Shown one piece after another: positions 39,670 through 50,267 of a DNA stretch of 64,000 bases (its first letter is position 1; every line of letters starts with the position of its first letter). The stretch is from positions 29,181 through 93,180 of the forward strand of contig JBAZPC010000002.1 in NCBI GenBank assembly GCA_041648395.1, read 5' to 3'. The notes below the pieces were generated by a model. It was not told the DNA's origin. It searched no databases and worked only from the letters and a program-made list of their open reading frames with translations. The DNA comes from Minisyncoccota bacterium (GTDB taxonomy: Bacteria; Patescibacteriota; Minisyncoccia; UBA9983). The position numbers and the translations under genes were made by a program.

Positions 39670-39798
39670 TTACTCTTCGTCGTTTGCGCTTGCGAAGTCG
39701 CTGAAATCCTCCTCCTCGTCCACTTCAGCCGGCGCATCGGTTTCCGCGCTGAGTTCATCCTCTTCTCCCTCTAAGTCATATAAATATAAATCTTGCAT
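39670..39798 (-). CDS. 42-aa highly acidic microprotein
   Basis: MQDLYLYDLEGEEDELSAETDAPAEVDEEEDFSDFASANDEE*; abuts the tyrS stop. Confidence 0.55.
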   Translation of the reverse strand: MQDLYLYDLEGEEDELSAETDAPAEVDEEEDFSDFASANDEE

Positions 39799-39861
39799 AC
39801 TCTCTATTTATCAAAAATATTTTTTTTGGCAAGTGGAAAAGTCACCCCTGTGGATAACCTC

Positions 39862-40344
39862 TCAATATGCTCGGGGCATGCCTACGCTAGAGCAGGTTAT
39901 GGCGCAGGCGATGGCGTCCATTTCGTCGTCTGATTTAGGCGCTTTTTTGAGTTTTAATATTGCTTTCACCATGCTTTGGACTTGCGGTTTCTCCGCCCTA
40001 CCGTAGCCGGTCAAAGCCATTTTTATTTCCAAGGGGGTGAATTCTTTGACGCGAATGTTGTTCAAGGCCGCCAGATAAAGGACCATACCCCTCGCTTCGG
40101 CCACGCCCATTATCGTTTTTTGGTTTTTAAAGAGGAAAAGCTTTTCAACGGCAACAATATCCGGCTTGTGTTTTTTTATTATTTTTTCCAATTTTTCGCC
40201 AAGCGACAAAAGGCGCTGTTCATGCGCGAGCTTTTTGTCTGACTCAAGACAGGTTGAATAAATTAATTTTTCGCCCTTGGCGGTTTTTTCCAAAACCGCG
40301 CAACCAAGCCGGTCAAATCCTGGATCAATGCCTAAAATTATCAT
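39862..40344 (-). CDS. ruvC: Holliday junction resolvase RuvC
   Basis: ILGIDPG, AVEKLF, EARG, TGYGRAEK, DDEMDA. Confidence 0.95.
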   Translation of the reverse strand: MIILGIDPGFDRLGCAVLEKTAKGEKLIYSTCLESDKKLAHEQRLLSLGEKLEKIIKKHKPDIVAVEKLFLFKNQKTIMGVAEARGMVLYLAALNNIRVKEFTPLEIKMALTGYGRAEKPQVQSMVKAILKLKKAPKSDDEMDAIACAITCSSVGMPRAY

Positions 40345-40350
40345 AAAATT

Positions 40351-40884
40351 TTATTCCGCATTGGTATAAATATCTTGTATATCGTCGTGGTTGTCCAATT
40401 CTTCAAGAAGTTTATCAAGCGCCTCGGCGTCTTGCTCGCTTAATTCAATAGTGTTTTTTGGAATGTATTTGCCTTCCTTATTTTCAAAAGCCCATATTAC
40501 AGCGCCGGTTTGCGCTAGATTAGCGCCGTTTTTTGAAAGCAGGTGTTTTATCTCTTGTGTCGTCCTGTTTTTATTATCTGTGATTCCTTCTATAACAATT
40601 GCCGTTCCGCCGGGGCCATACGCTTCATAGCGCACATTTTCCAGCTGCGCTCCTTCCAATTTGCCGGCGCCTTTTTTAATGGCGCGTTCAATATTGTCGG
40701 CCGGCATGTTTGCTTCCTTTGCTTTTTCAATAGCAACGCGAAGTTCCGGATTCATATCCGGTTTTTCTCCTTTTCTCGCGGCGAGAGAAATAATTTTGCT
40801 CAACTTCCCAAAAATCTGGCTCCGCTTCGCGTCAGTCACTCCCTTCTGCCTTTTAATTTGAGACCATTTGCTGTGTCCGGACAT
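40351..40884 (-). CDS. yebC: YebC/PmpR family protein (short form)
   Basis: MSGHSKWSQIK, NMPADNIERAI, YEAYGPGG, TDNKNRT. Confidence 0.95.
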   Translation of the reverse strand: MSGHSKWSQIKRQKGVTDAKRSQIFGKLSKIISLAARKGEKPDMNPELRVAIEKAKEANMPADNIERAIKKGAGKLEGAQLENVRYEAYGPGGTAIVIEGITDNKNRTTQEIKHLLSKNGANLAQTGAVIWAFENKEGKYIPKNTIELSEQDAEALDKLLEELDNHDDIQDIYTNAE

Positions 40885-40985
40885 ATAATTAAGTATAAAG
40901 CAGTCAGTATTCAGTAGCCAGTATGTTAGCCACCGAGTGGCGCACAGATTGAAAAAACACTAAAAATGAAGGATAATTAAGCGCA

Positions 40986-43664
40986 ATGGATAAAAATTCA
41001 GCCAAACAAAAAATTCAGGAACTTGTTGAAAAATACGAGGAAGTTTTGAAATCAGGCAAGATAAAGGGATATACCGAGCAGGAAACAAAAAATGGTTTTA
41101 TTGAGCCGCTTTTTAAAATTTTGGGCTGGGACATGACGGATAAAAACGAAATTTCCCTAGAAGAGCAGATTTCCGGCGACCGCGCCGATTATGGCTTTTA
41201 TTTAAACGGCCGGGCCAAATTTTATCTTGAAGCAAAAAAGTTGTCGGCTGACCTGTGGAATGAAAAATTTGCCGAACAATGCATAAAATATTCTTGGAAC
41301 AAAGGCGTCACATGGGCGGTTTTAACTGACTTTGAAAATGTAAAAGTTTTTTGCGCCCAAGTGATAGACAAAAACTTAAACGACAAACTTCTTTTTGATA
41401 TTTCTTACAAAGAATTTATTGAGAGATTTGACCAGCTTTATTTATTATCCAAAGAGGCCTTTGAAAAGGACTTATTGGATGAGTATGCCACCAAAATCGG
41501 CAAAAAACTGCAAAAAGTTTCCGTCGGGGCAAAGCTGTATGAAGATTTGGACGAGTGCAGAAAACTTTTAACAAAAGACCTTCATACTTGGAATAAAGAC
41601 GTGCCGGATGACTTGTTAGATGAAGGCGTACAAAAGATTTTAGACAGATTGGTTTTTATCAGAGTGGCGGAAGACAGGGGAATTGAGTTATCAACTCTCA
41701 AACCGATGATTAACCAATGGAAAACCAGCGGCAAGAATGAAACTCTTTACGAATCAATGGTTGGAAAATTTAGAGAGATGGACGAGACATATAATTCCAA
41801 CTTATTTAGCCCGCATCCGTTTGAAAAATGGGAAGACCACAGCGACGCCACAAAAAAGGTCGTAAAAATTCTCTACGGCGAGGAGGGTTATTACGAATAC
41901 GACTTTAAAGTTATGCCGGCGGATATTTTGGGAGGCGTCTACGAAAGTTATCTCGGGCATCGTCTGCAAAAAGCCAAAAAGGGGCTAACCATAAACAAGG
42001 ACGCCAAGAAGAGAAAAGAGCAGGGGATTTATTACACGCCGGAATTTATTGTTGACTACATAGTTAAAAACGCGCTGAAGCCGGTTTTGGACAAATGCCA
42101 AAGCGTTAACGATTTAAAAAAGATAAAGGTTTTAGATCCGGCTTGCGGTTCCGGTTCTTTTTTATTGAAAGCCGTTGATTTGATAAGCGATAAATACAAA
42201 GAGTTCGGCAATCATAGCGAATTCACAAAGTTGACGATATTGCACGAAAATATCTACGGCGTGGATTTGGACGAAAAAGCGATAGAAATCGCGCGGCTTA
42301 ATTTGCTGATAAACGCGCTGGAGAAAAGGATGAAATTGCCGATTTTAAAAAATATCAGAAACGGCAATTCGCTTATTTCCGGCACGGACGAAGAACTGCA
42401 AAAATATTTCGGCAAAAATTTCCGCGACAAAAAACCATTCAACTGGCAAGAAGAATTTCCGGAAGTATTCAAGGAGGGCGGTTTTGATGTAATAATAGGC
42501 AACCCGCCGTATGTTCAATCTAGAAACCTAAATGACGACGAGCGACATTTTTATTGGAGCAAGTATTTAACTGATACTAACCATTCTGATATTTATTCAT
42601 TTTTTATTGAAAAATCAATAGATATTTTGAAAGAGAAAGGATTTTTGAGCTTTATTACTCCAAATACATGGTTACAAACACCGAGCTTTAAATCTGCTAG
42701 AAAAAAGATTTTTGACGAGAGTAAAGTATTAAAAATCCTGACCTTTGATGAGGGGATAAAAATATTTGGTGACGCCCAAGTATCGAGTGTTGTTTTTGTT
42801 TTACAAAGAGAAGCAGACAACAAAGCAATAGGAAGCAGTCATATAGAGATAGAAAAAGGCGGGATTAACCAAAAGATTAATGAGATAAGTAAAATTAAGC
42901 AAAAAGAAATTGACTCAGAAAAAGGATTCAATATTTTTACAAGCCAAAAACCTCAAAAGATCTTAGATAAAATACTATTAAATTCTGTTGTTTTGGATGA
43001 TATTGGTGAAATTGTTGGTGGCTTAAGAACGGGAGACGATAAAAGATTTTTAAAAGATAAATTAAGCGACCCAGATGATAGAAAATTACTCAGAGGACGA
43101 AATGTAAGCCGTTATTGTTTAGAATGGAATGGAGAATATGTTTGGTATAAACCAGAGATGATGAAGGTTAAACAAGCAGCAGCACCCAAAGAAGCAAAAT
43201 TTTTTGAGGCGAAAGAAAAGCTATTGGTTAGAATGATAACTGGCGGACAACTTATTGCTACCTTTGACGACAATGGCTTTTACTTTTTACAAGATAATCT
43301 TATTTTACCAAAAGAAAAATATAATATTAAATATTTACTAGCCGTTTTAAATTCAAAATTGTCAGGGTTTATAGTTAAAAATTCCGTGTCTAATATAGCA
43401 ATAACACAATCTTTGTTAAAGAAGTTCCCAATTTTTAAAATAGATTTTTCAAATCTAAAAGAAAAAGACAAGCATGACGAGTTAGTTAAATTAGCCGATA
43501 AAATGTTAGATCTAAATAAAGAACTTCAAAAAGTGGAAGAAAATTCTGATAAATGGCATTCTATAAAATCAGAAATAGAAAAAACGGACAAAAAGATAGA
43601 TGAGGAGGTTTATAAATTGTATGGATTGACGGAAGAGGAGATAAGAGTTGTGGAGGGGAAATAA
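40986..43664 (+). CDS. Type IIG restriction-modification fusion (nuclease + N6-adenine MTase + TRD)
   Basis: AD...LEAK nuclease motif, GIYYTP, VLDPACGSGSF, GFDVIIGNPPY, YLLAVLNS TaqI-C-like TRD. Confidence 0.9.
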   Translation: MDKNSAKQKIQELVEKYEEVLKSGKIKGYTEQETKNGFIEPLFKILGWDMTDKNEISLEEQISGDRADYGFYLNGRAKFYLEAKKLSADLWNEKFAEQCIKYSWNKGVTWAVLTDFENVKVFCAQVIDKNLNDKLLFDISYKEFIERFDQLYLLSKEAFEKDLLDEYATKIGKKLQKVSVGAKLYEDLDECRKLLTKDLHTWNKDVPDDLLDEGVQKILDRLVFIRVAEDRGIELSTLKPMINQWKTSGKNETLYESMVGKFREMDETYNSNLFSPHPFEKWEDHSDATKKVVKILYGEEGYYEYDFKVMPADILGGVYESYLGHRLQKAKKGLTINKDAKKRKEQGIYYTPEFIVDYIVKNALKPVLDKCQSVNDLKKIKVLDPACGSGSFLLKAVDLISDKYKEFGNHSEFTKLTILHENIYGVDLDEKAIEIARLNLLINALEKRMKLPILKNIRNGNSLISGTDEELQKYFGKNFRDKKPFNWQEEFPEVFKEGGFDVIIGNPPYVQSRNLNDDERHFYWSKYLTDTNHSDIYSFFIEKSIDILKEKGFLSFITPNTWLQTPSFKSARKKIFDESKVLKILTFDEGIKIFGDAQVSSVVFVLQREADNKAIGSSHIEIEKGGINQKINEISKIKQKEIDSEKGFNIFTSQKPQKILDKILLNSVVLDDIGEIVGGLRTGDDKRFLKDKLSDPDDRKLLRGRNVSRYCLEWNGEYVWYKPEMMKVKQAAAPKEAKFFEAKEKLLVRMITGGQLIATFDDNGFYFLQDNLILPKEKYNIKYLLAVLNSKLSGFIVKNSVSNIAITQSLLKKFPIFKIDFSNLKEKDKHDELVKLADKMLDLNKELQKVEENSDKWHSIKSEIEKTDKKIDEEVYKLYGLTEEEIRVVEGK

Positions 43665-43671
43665 AATTTAT

Positions 43672-44184
43672 ATGAAAAACAAAACACCTCAAAAAAAACA
43701 GCCAAAACAATTAAGGACAGCTAGACTCTCTGTGAGTGTCGCAATCCAAGATGCCTTAGAAGTTGGTAAAATTTTAAAAAAATTTGTGGAGATTTTTGGT
43801 GTTTATGATGAGAAAAAGCGTACTGAAATTAAAAATCGTAAAGTTGTTAACGAAGAAATAACAATTAATTTATCTGGATATGAGCTTACTCGAATAAATG
43901 GAGCTTTGCGCGATTATTTAACACTAAGGATAGCAAATATCTTTGATTCGCGTCCTGCTTGCAAATCCCTAAAAGATTATCCCGATATAGATTTAAACAA
44001 AATTAAAAAAATACCGGAAATAAAAAAAATCTTACATGCTCGTGATAATTGGATTGGTCATATCAACAAAAGATTTATTGGACCAGTCGATAAAAAAGTA
44101 CTCTATGGCAAGAAAGTTATTGATTTGTTGCGACAAATTGAAATATTAGTGTGCACCGAAACCATTAAAGAAAAAAACAATTAA
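43672..44184 (+). CDS. Putative HEPN (AbiU2-like) protein
   Basis: Helical protein with RDNWIGH (Rx5H) motif; directly after the R-M gene. Confidence 0.5.
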   Translation: MKNKTPQKKQPKQLRTARLSVSVAIQDALEVGKILKKFVEIFGVYDEKKRTEIKNRKVVNEEITINLSGYELTRINGALRDYLTLRIANIFDSRPACKSLKDYPDIDLNKIKKIPEIKKILHARDNWIGHINKRFIGPVDKKVLYGKKVIDLLRQIEILVCTETIKEKNN

Positions 44185-44430
44185 AAAATAACAAAATAAA
44201 TTTATGGCAAAGGCGACATATAAAAACAAAGAAGATTTAAAAAACGCAAAGGAAACAAAAAAATGGAACAAGAAACGGAAAATACCATAAAGCAATTTGT
44301 TGATAAGCGAAACAGGCAAAAAGGAGTAAAAAAGTTCTCCCCCCGCTCTTGCGAACGGGGGGCGAGGCCGAAGCCACTTGTGCTTTTATCTTATATCTTT
44401 AACCCCCCGAAGTCAATCCTTTGTGGGTAA

Positions 44431-44527
44431 ACCCCGCCACTCGCGAGTGGCGGGGTAAACAAAAAACCGCCCTTCGACAAGCTCGGGGCGGTTTTTCTCA
44501 GATCAACCCCGCCGAAGCGGGGCAGGG
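44431..44527. repeat. Cluster of three palindromic elements / cold-shock gene terminator
   Basis: Perfect 26-bp accccgccactcgcgagtggcggggt; cccttcgacaagctcgggg inside the terminator; ccccgccgaagcggggcagg. Confidence 0.85.
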
Positions 44528-44528
44528 A

Positions 44529-44735
44529 TTATGCTTTTGTAACGTTCACGGCGTTCAATCCTTTTTCAGTTTTTTCAACATCAAAAGAAACTTCGTCGCC
44601 TTCTCTAAGATCGTTATATTGCAAACCTCCGGCAAGGTTATTGGAATGAAAGAATAAATCTTTCTGCTCTCCCTCTCGGGAAATAAATCCAAAGCCCTTT
44701 TCCGTAACCAATCTGGCTATTTTGCCTTTTTCCAT
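44529..44735 (-). CDS. Cold-shock domain protein
   Basis: EKGFGFI, DLFFH, LREGDEVSF. Confidence 0.95.
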   Translation of the reverse strand: MEKGKIARLVTEKGFGFISREGEQKDLFFHSNNLAGGLQYNDLREGDEVSFDVEKTEKGLNAVNVTKA

Positions 44736-44841
44736 CTTTTTAAGGTTTAAGATAAAATGCTTGTAATAAATTAAAGAAACTCAACCTAATCTCTATAACT
44801 TTTCCATTATAGCAACTCCCGTATTGTTTGTCAACAAAAAG

Positions 44842-45603
44842 CTATAAAACCCCTATTTCCTGCTCCAGCCGCTTTTGCTCTATTATTAGTTTTTGCAGTT
44901 CCTGCTCGACAGCTGTTAGCCGCCTTTCTTCTCCTTCAATTTTTCTTTTTAATTCTACCTCTGTCCTTTTTGTTGAATTAGTTTGCGATTGGGATAAATT
45001 TTTGTTTTTTTCCAGCGCTTCAATCTCTTGCTCTATTTCTTTTTCCGCGTTGATTTTTCTAGCCAACTCTAATTCTTTTTTTGAGGCGCTGTCCGGCCCC
45101 TGATTTTTTAAAATAGACAGCTCCTCCTCCAGTTTGCTCAATTTTATTGTAATAAGCGTTACTTGTTGCTTTAACTTATCAAGCTCTTTTTTCTTGGTAT
45201 TAATTTCGTTCTGTTTAAGTGAGATTTTCTGCGCGCCGCTTCTCTTTTTTTGTCCCATTTCCATTTCAAATAATTCTATCTCTCTTCTTATTTTTTCTTT
45301 TTCTTGTTTTTTGTTTAGAATATCATCTTCTTTGAAATTTGTTCTGCCTGAATTTCTTGCTGATTGCTCGGCTATTCTTTCTTTGTTTTTTAAGTCATTC
45401 AGTGCCAAAGTCAGTCCGTTTTTTTCGCTTGTTTTCAAGGCGACTTTCCTTTTTATTTCTTCTAATTCTCTTTTTCGGGCGTCGATTTTTAATTTTTTAG
45501 CCTGTTCTTTTTGAAGACGCGCTCTTTCTTCAAATGCCATTGCTTCTTTCCTCGCTTCCTCCTCTATCCTTTTTTTATTTTCGTCTAATGGATTTACAAT
45601 CAT
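44842..45603 (-). CDS. Coiled-coil hypothetical protein
   Basis: 253 aa E/K-rich heptads; overlaps the ruvB stop. Confidence 0.7.
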   Translation of the reverse strand: MIVNPLDENKKRIEEEARKEAMAFEERARLQKEQAKKLKIDARKRELEEIKRKVALKTSEKNGLTLALNDLKNKERIAEQSARNSGRTNFKEDDILNKKQEKEKIRREIELFEMEMGQKKRSGAQKISLKQNEINTKKKELDKLKQQVTLITIKLSKLEEELSILKNQGPDSASKKELELARKINAEKEIEQEIEALEKNKNLSQSQTNSTKRTEVELKRKIEGEERRLTAVEQELQKLIIEQKRLEQEIGVL

Positions 45604-46646
45604 AATAATTTATTTTGAACCGGCGGTTTTTTGCCTAAATGCTTATAAGCGTGCGGAGTAGCGACTCTTCCGCGTGGCGTGCGCTCCAGAAATCCGAGCT
45701 GAATCAAATACGGCTCGCAAACTTCTTCTATTGTTTCTTCCTCTTCGGAAGAGGCGGCGGCTAATGTTTGGAGGCCAACCGGCCCACCGTTGAATTTATC
45801 TATAAGAATTTCAAGAATCCTTCTGTCGTGGCCGGTTAGCCCGACGTTGTCTATTTCCAAAAGCTCTAGCGCTTTTTTGGCCGTTTCCAAATCTATGGAC
45901 TCTTTTTTATTGACCTGGGCGTAGTCCCTGCATCTTTTTAACAAATGGTTGGCGATGCGCGGAGTAAACCTGCTTCTTTTAGCGATTTCTTCCGCCGCCT
46001 CGCCGCTGATTTCCTCTTCCAAAATTTTTGCCGAGCGTATGATTATTTTTTTAATCTCATCCTTGTCGTAAAAATTCAAACGAAATGTTCCGCCGGAAAA
46101 TCGCGAACGAAGGGGGGAGGAAAGCATGGAGACCCTGGTGGTGGCAGCAATGAGAGTAAACGGCGGAAGATCCAATTGAATGGTTCTTGCCGACGGCCCT
46201 TTGCCGATGATTATATCCAGTGAACCCGACTCCATGGCCGGATAAAGAATTTCTTCAATGAGTTTATTTAGGCGATGGGCCTCGTCAATAAATAAAATAT
46301 CACCGGGTGAAAGGTTGGTAAGAATAGACGCCAGGTCGCCGACTCTTTCTATGGCGGGGCCAGAGGTAACCTTCATTTGCGCGCTCATTTCTTTTGCGAT
46401 AAGATAGGCGAGCGTTGTCTTTCCCAATCCGGCCGGACCGTAAAAAAGAAGATGCTCTGGTGTTTCGTTGCGCTCCAAAGCGGCTCCTAAAAGAATTTTA
46501 AGATTGTTTTTGGTGGATTCTTGGCCAATGTAGTCGTCCCATTTTTGGGGCCGTAACGTTTGGTCAAGAACTTTGTCCCCGCCTGCAATGCTTTGCATAG
46601 CAATGCGGGCAGGTTCTTTATTGAGATTATTTGGGGGGGTTGACAT
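45600..46646 (-). CDS. ruvB: Holliday junction branch migration helicase RuvB
   Basis: [39 protein letters not shown]. Confidence 0.97.
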   Translation of the reverse strand: MSTPPNNLNKEPARIAMQSIAGGDKVLDQTLRPQKWDDYIGQESTKNNLKILLGAALERNETPEHLLFYGPAGLGKTTLAYLIAKEMSAQMKVTSGPAIERVGDLASILTNLSPGDILFIDEAHRLNKLIEEILYPAMESGSLDIIIGKGPSARTIQLDLPPFTLIAATTRVSMLSSPLRSRFSGGTFRLNFYDKDEIKKIIIRSAKILEEEISGEAAEEIAKRSRFTPRIANHLLKRCRDYAQVNKKESIDLETAKKALELLEIDNVGLTGHDRRILEILIDKFNGGPVGLQTLAAASSEEEETIEEVCEPYLIQLGFLERTPRGRVATPHAYKHLGKKPPVQNKLL

Positions 46647-46870
46647 TTTAATTAAAGTTTGCTACTATCAAATAAGCAATTTAAAATCCTATAAAACGGA
46701 TAAACCGCTGCAAAATCCTCTAAGCAACAAGACATTGTCTTATCGGGACTCTTTGAAGGACATTTTGGTTTGCGCCTTTAGGCGACATTTCTGGAATTAT
46801 CCTTATAAAGAAATTCTAAACTTTTGGCACCCATGTTAAAAGAGTTGCTTGGAGGATTTTGAAGCGGTTT

Positions 46871-48535
46871 TTAAAGTTCTATCACTCTTTCCAGTTCATC
46901 AAGAGACGTCACACCCTTGATGACTTTTAAAATTCCGTCCTGCTGCATATTTAAAATTCCCTGCCCTTCCGCTTCTTTCGCTATTTCCGTTTCATTCGGC
47001 ATTTTCATAATAAGTTCTTCAATTTTTTCGTCTACCAATATGGCCTCAAAAATTCCAATTCTGCCTTTGTATCCGATATTGTTGCATGCGGGACACCCCT
47101 TGCTACGCCAAATAGAAACTTCGCCTGTACCTGCCTGCGCAGGCAGGGTTGGCGCCCATTTTTCTATTTTTATTTTTTCTTCCGGCGAGGGCGAAGATTT
47201 TTCCTTGCAGAAATCGCAAAGTTTTCTTGTTAGTCGCTGGGCTAAGGAAATATTGATGGCCGGAGCAATGATGTTCGGATTAACTCCGAGGTCTATAAGA
47301 CGGGGAATGGTGCCGGCGGCGTTGTTGGTATGAAGAGTGGAAAAAACGAGATGGCCGGTTAAGGCCGCGTTCATGGCTATTTTGGCTGTTTCCAAGTCCC
47401 TTATTTCGCCGACCATGATGACGTCCGGGTCTTGGCGAAGAATAGCCCTCAATCCTTCAACAAAGCCGTATCCCTTATCCTCTTCAACTTGGGTTTGGGA
47501 AATCCCCTTGAGATGATATTCCACCGGGTCTTCCAATGTTATTATTTTTATTTCCGAAGAGTATATTTTTTTTAGGAAGGCATAAAGGGTGGTTGTTTTT
47601 CCTGAACCGGTAGGTCCTGTGTTTATAATCATTCCGTTGGGTTTTTTAATTTCTTTCATCAGTATTTGGTACAAGTTTTCTTCTATCCCCAACTCTTCCA
47701 AGGGGACGGAGATTGATTTTGGATTCAAAACTCTCATGACGATTGTCTCGCCATAAGAGCCGGGAATGACTGAAGTTCTTATTTCTATTTCAGTTTCTTT
47801 TATATGAATGCTAAAACGGCCATCTTGCGCCTGGTCGTGGATATTAAGTTTGAGCCCAGAAACAAGTTTTATTCTTGAGAGGAAAAGATTAAACACTTTT
47901 GGTTCAAATGAAAATATGTCGTTAAGCACGCCGTCTAAACGGAAACGCAAACGGATTTGCGTTTCTTGCGGTTCTATATGGATATCGGACGAATTGACGG
48001 CGATGGCGCCGGCTAAAATTATTTCCAGAATTTCCGAAGTGCGGCGGTTTGTTTTTGAAGGTGTGATAGATGAAAAAATTTTTTTCAAGTCATCCAGCGA
48101 TTTTGCCTCTTTTATAAACTCTTCCAATTTTTCCGCCGAAACGTCTATTATTCCAGCTGACATTTCCGTAAAAGCCGGCACCTCGGCGTACTTTTTCCAG
48201 GTCTTCTCCAGCCCTATTTCCGAAACCATGAAAATTTCCGGCTTGTAGCCCTTTTCTTCCAAGTCCTTAAGAATGCCGCTGGTCGCGTCAAGGCCGGGAT
48301 TCAAAACGGCTATTTCAAGTTTCTTTCCTTTTTTTTGGAAGATGGCCATCTTCGCTTTTCTGGCCGTTTCTTCCGGTAATATGATTAAGGCGTCAAGGCC
48401 TACGGTTGTTGTGGCGAGATTTAAATAGGGGATTTTGTATTTTTCGGAAAGAATCATGGCCAAATCCTCAGCTTCCTGTTCGCGCATTTCTTTCAACTTC
48501 TCTTTTTGTTTTTTTTCTGATGAAAAGGTGACCAT
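46871..48535 (-). CDS. pilB: Type IV pilus assembly ATPase PilB/GspE
   Basis: SDIHIEP, QDGRF, GPTGSGKTTTLY, LRQDPDVIMVGEIRD, TGHLVFSTLHTN, CxxC pairs. Confidence 0.9.
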   Translation of the reverse strand: MVTFSSEKKQKEKLKEMREQEAEDLAMILSEKYKIPYLNLATTTVGLDALIILPEETARKAKMAIFQKKGKKLEIAVLNPGLDATSGILKDLEEKGYKPEIFMVSEIGLEKTWKKYAEVPAFTEMSAGIIDVSAEKLEEFIKEAKSLDDLKKIFSSITPSKTNRRTSEILEIILAGAIAVNSSDIHIEPQETQIRLRFRLDGVLNDIFSFEPKVFNLFLSRIKLVSGLKLNIHDQAQDGRFSIHIKETEIEIRTSVIPGSYGETIVMRVLNPKSISVPLEELGIEENLYQILMKEIKKPNGMIINTGPTGSGKTTTLYAFLKKIYSSEIKIITLEDPVEYHLKGISQTQVEEDKGYGFVEGLRAILRQDPDVIMVGEIRDLETAKIAMNAALTGHLVFSTLHTNNAAGTIPRLIDLGVNPNIIAPAINISLAQRLTRKLCDFCKEKSSPSPEEKIKIEKWAPTLPAQAGTGEVSIWRSKGCPACNNIGYKGRIGIFEAILVDEKIEELIMKMPNETEIAKEAEGQGILNMQQDGILKVIKGVTSLDELERVIEL

Positions 48536-48553
48536 GTTTACTTTTATATTATC

Positions 48554-49108
48554 TTATAAAACAACTTCTTTCAATGCCTGCTTCATTTTTATTTCCGCCG
48601 ATGAAAAATTTTCAAAGGGTCCGGATATAAAATATTTTTCTTCAATGTCAGCGTTTATTTTTTCTGCTAGAAAGGGCAGAATTTTCTTCTCCTTGCCGTT
48701 TTCTGTCGCCATGCAGTAAACGCCGTTTTCTTCCTGCCAAAAAACGAAAGAAAGCGGCTGGGGCGGAAAGAAGCCGTTTATTTTTTGGGCTATTTTGTAG
48801 AAAATTTTATTGTCAGCGTATTGAAAATTAGTTTTTTCAAAGTCCTCGGCTGAAATGAAAGTCCACGAGCTTTGCAAATCTTCATTTATGCGAGTGCGCG
48901 CCATGGTCCGACCGAAAAGTTGAGCAAAGGGAATTTTCTGTTCATCGCTGACTTCTTCAGAGAGGTCTTCGTAATCAATATTAATGACAAAAAAATCATC
49001 ATCGTTGTCATAGCTCACCTCCTTCACCTTATATCTGTCTTTCGGCAAACGAATAGAGGAGCGCTTGGCTGAATCAAAGTCCTTAAAGTTTTCACCAATA
49101 TCAGGCAT
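48554..49108 (-). CDS. Hypothetical protein
   Basis: 184 aa ORF co-oriented with pilB. Confidence 0.65.
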   Translation of the reverse strand: MPDIGENFKDFDSAKRSSIRLPKDRYKVKEVSYDNDDDFFVINIDYEDLSEEVSDEQKIPFAQLFGRTMARTRINEDLQSSWTFISAEDFEKTNFQYADNKIFYKIAQKINGFFPPQPLSFVFWQEENGVYCMATENGKEKKILPFLAEKINADIEEKYFISGPFENFSSAEIKMKQALKEVVL

Positions 49109-49145
49109 TAGTTAATTCCTAGCACGCAGGCCGGTGTTTTCAAGC

Positions 49146-49173
49146 TTGACAAAATATGCCAATCTGCTATAAT
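49146..49173 (+). promoter_or_regulatory. Sigma70 promoter
   Basis: TTGACA-16-TATAAT with extended TG. Confidence 0.8.
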
Positions 49174-49212
49174 CTAGACAGAAAAATAAACTAGATCTTT
49201 AAAGGAGGATTT

Positions 49213-49701
49213 ATGAAAAAAATATCAGCATCGGTTCTTTTTGTTGTTTTTATTGCAATAGTTCTTATCGCAACCGGATGCGCAGGTCTCATGGAAACAA
49301 GAAGAGGAGAAACCCGCACAAACCAAGGCGGAGCTGTTGGTTTAGGGTTGGGACTGGCATTTTGCCACAAAAACCCCTATTGCATCGGGGCGGCAACACT
49401 TTTAGGCCTGTTCACGGGAAGCTTTCTTGGCACCGCCGAGAGCGACAAAATCGCCGAACCGAAAGTTGTTGAGGTCGGCGACAAAAAAGTGATTATGGTG
49501 CCGACAGGAATACCCTTTCCCTTTCAAAATCCAAATATCCAAACAAATATCCAGCAGCAGCCGTATTCGAATGAAGAGTGTCGTTTTCAGCCAACAATAG
49601 AATCCCAGGTTGAGTGTTTTCGCGAGAAGACGCGGAACCTAAGGAGCCTAACTGATGCGGAGAATGAATATGCGCGCGAACGGGCGCGCAGAAGATATTA
49701 G
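49213..49701 (+). CDS. Orphan lipoprotein-like protein with glycine zipper
   Basis: Signal ending ATGC; GGAVGLGLG...GAATLLGLFTGSFLG; GGAGG RBS; own terminator at 49710-49731. Confidence 0.7.
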   Translation: MKKISASVLFVVFIAIVLIATGCAGLMETRRGETRTNQGGAVGLGLGLAFCHKNPYCIGAATLLGLFTGSFLGTAESDKIAEPKVVEVGDKKVIMVPTGIPFPFQNPNIQTNIQQQPYSNEECRFQPTIESQVECFREKTRNLRSLTDAENEYARERARRRY

Positions 49702-49756
49702 TCCTTTAGGGGCAGGAAGAAATTCCTGCCCGTTTGTTTTATAATGGAGCAAAGTT

Positions 49757-50212
49757 ATGAAAATTTCTGTTTCAAAAAAGCAGACGAGTAAAATAGCCAA
49801 AGAATTAGCAAAAACCCTTCGACAAGCTCAGGGTAAAAAATTTTTCAACAAAGCTGTTGTTATTGGTCTGTCCGGCGAACTCGGTAGCGGGAAGACGGCT
49901 TTCTGCCAAAGTTTCGCGAAGGCGCTGGGTGTGAAAGAAAAAGTTCACAGCCCAACATTTGTAATTATGAAAAAGTATCCAGTAGTCAGTAGCCAGTATT
50001 CAGTATTATTTCACTTTGATATGTACAGAATTAAAAATCAAAAAGACATTATTACTCTCGGTTGGAAAAAAATAATTTCTGATTCCAGAAACATAATTTT
50101 AGTTGAGTGGGCGGAAAATATCAGAAAAGTTTTTCCCAAAAAACATTTTTGGATAAAAATGTCCCATCTGGGCAAAAAAAGCAGAGGTATTGACATTAAA
50201 TCCGTAAAATAG
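49757..50212 (+). CDS. tsaE: tRNA threonylcarbamoyladenosine biosynthesis ATPase TsaE
   Basis: LSGELGSGKT, VHSPTF, HFDMYR, LVEWA. Confidence 0.95.
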   Translation: MKISVSKKQTSKIAKELAKTLRQAQGKKFFNKAVVIGLSGELGSGKTAFCQSFAKALGVKEKVHSPTFVIMKKYPVVSSQYSVLFHFDMYRIKNQKDIITLGWKKIISDSRNIILVEWAENIRKVFPKKHFWIKMSHLGKKSRGIDIKSVK

Positions 50213-50218
50213 TATAAT
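50190..50218 (+). promoter_or_regulatory. Consensus sigma70 promoter
   Basis: TTGACA-17-TATAAT. Confidence 0.85.
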
Positions 50219-50267
50219 CAAGAGCAGAAAAAAGTAAGCAACTTTAAATTTTGAGGAGGTGTTTCTG

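Noticed and set aside
44204-44290. 28-aa basic ORF after the HEPN-like gene
   Set aside because: Short, no RBS or motif; cannot be told apart from chance in A-rich DNA.
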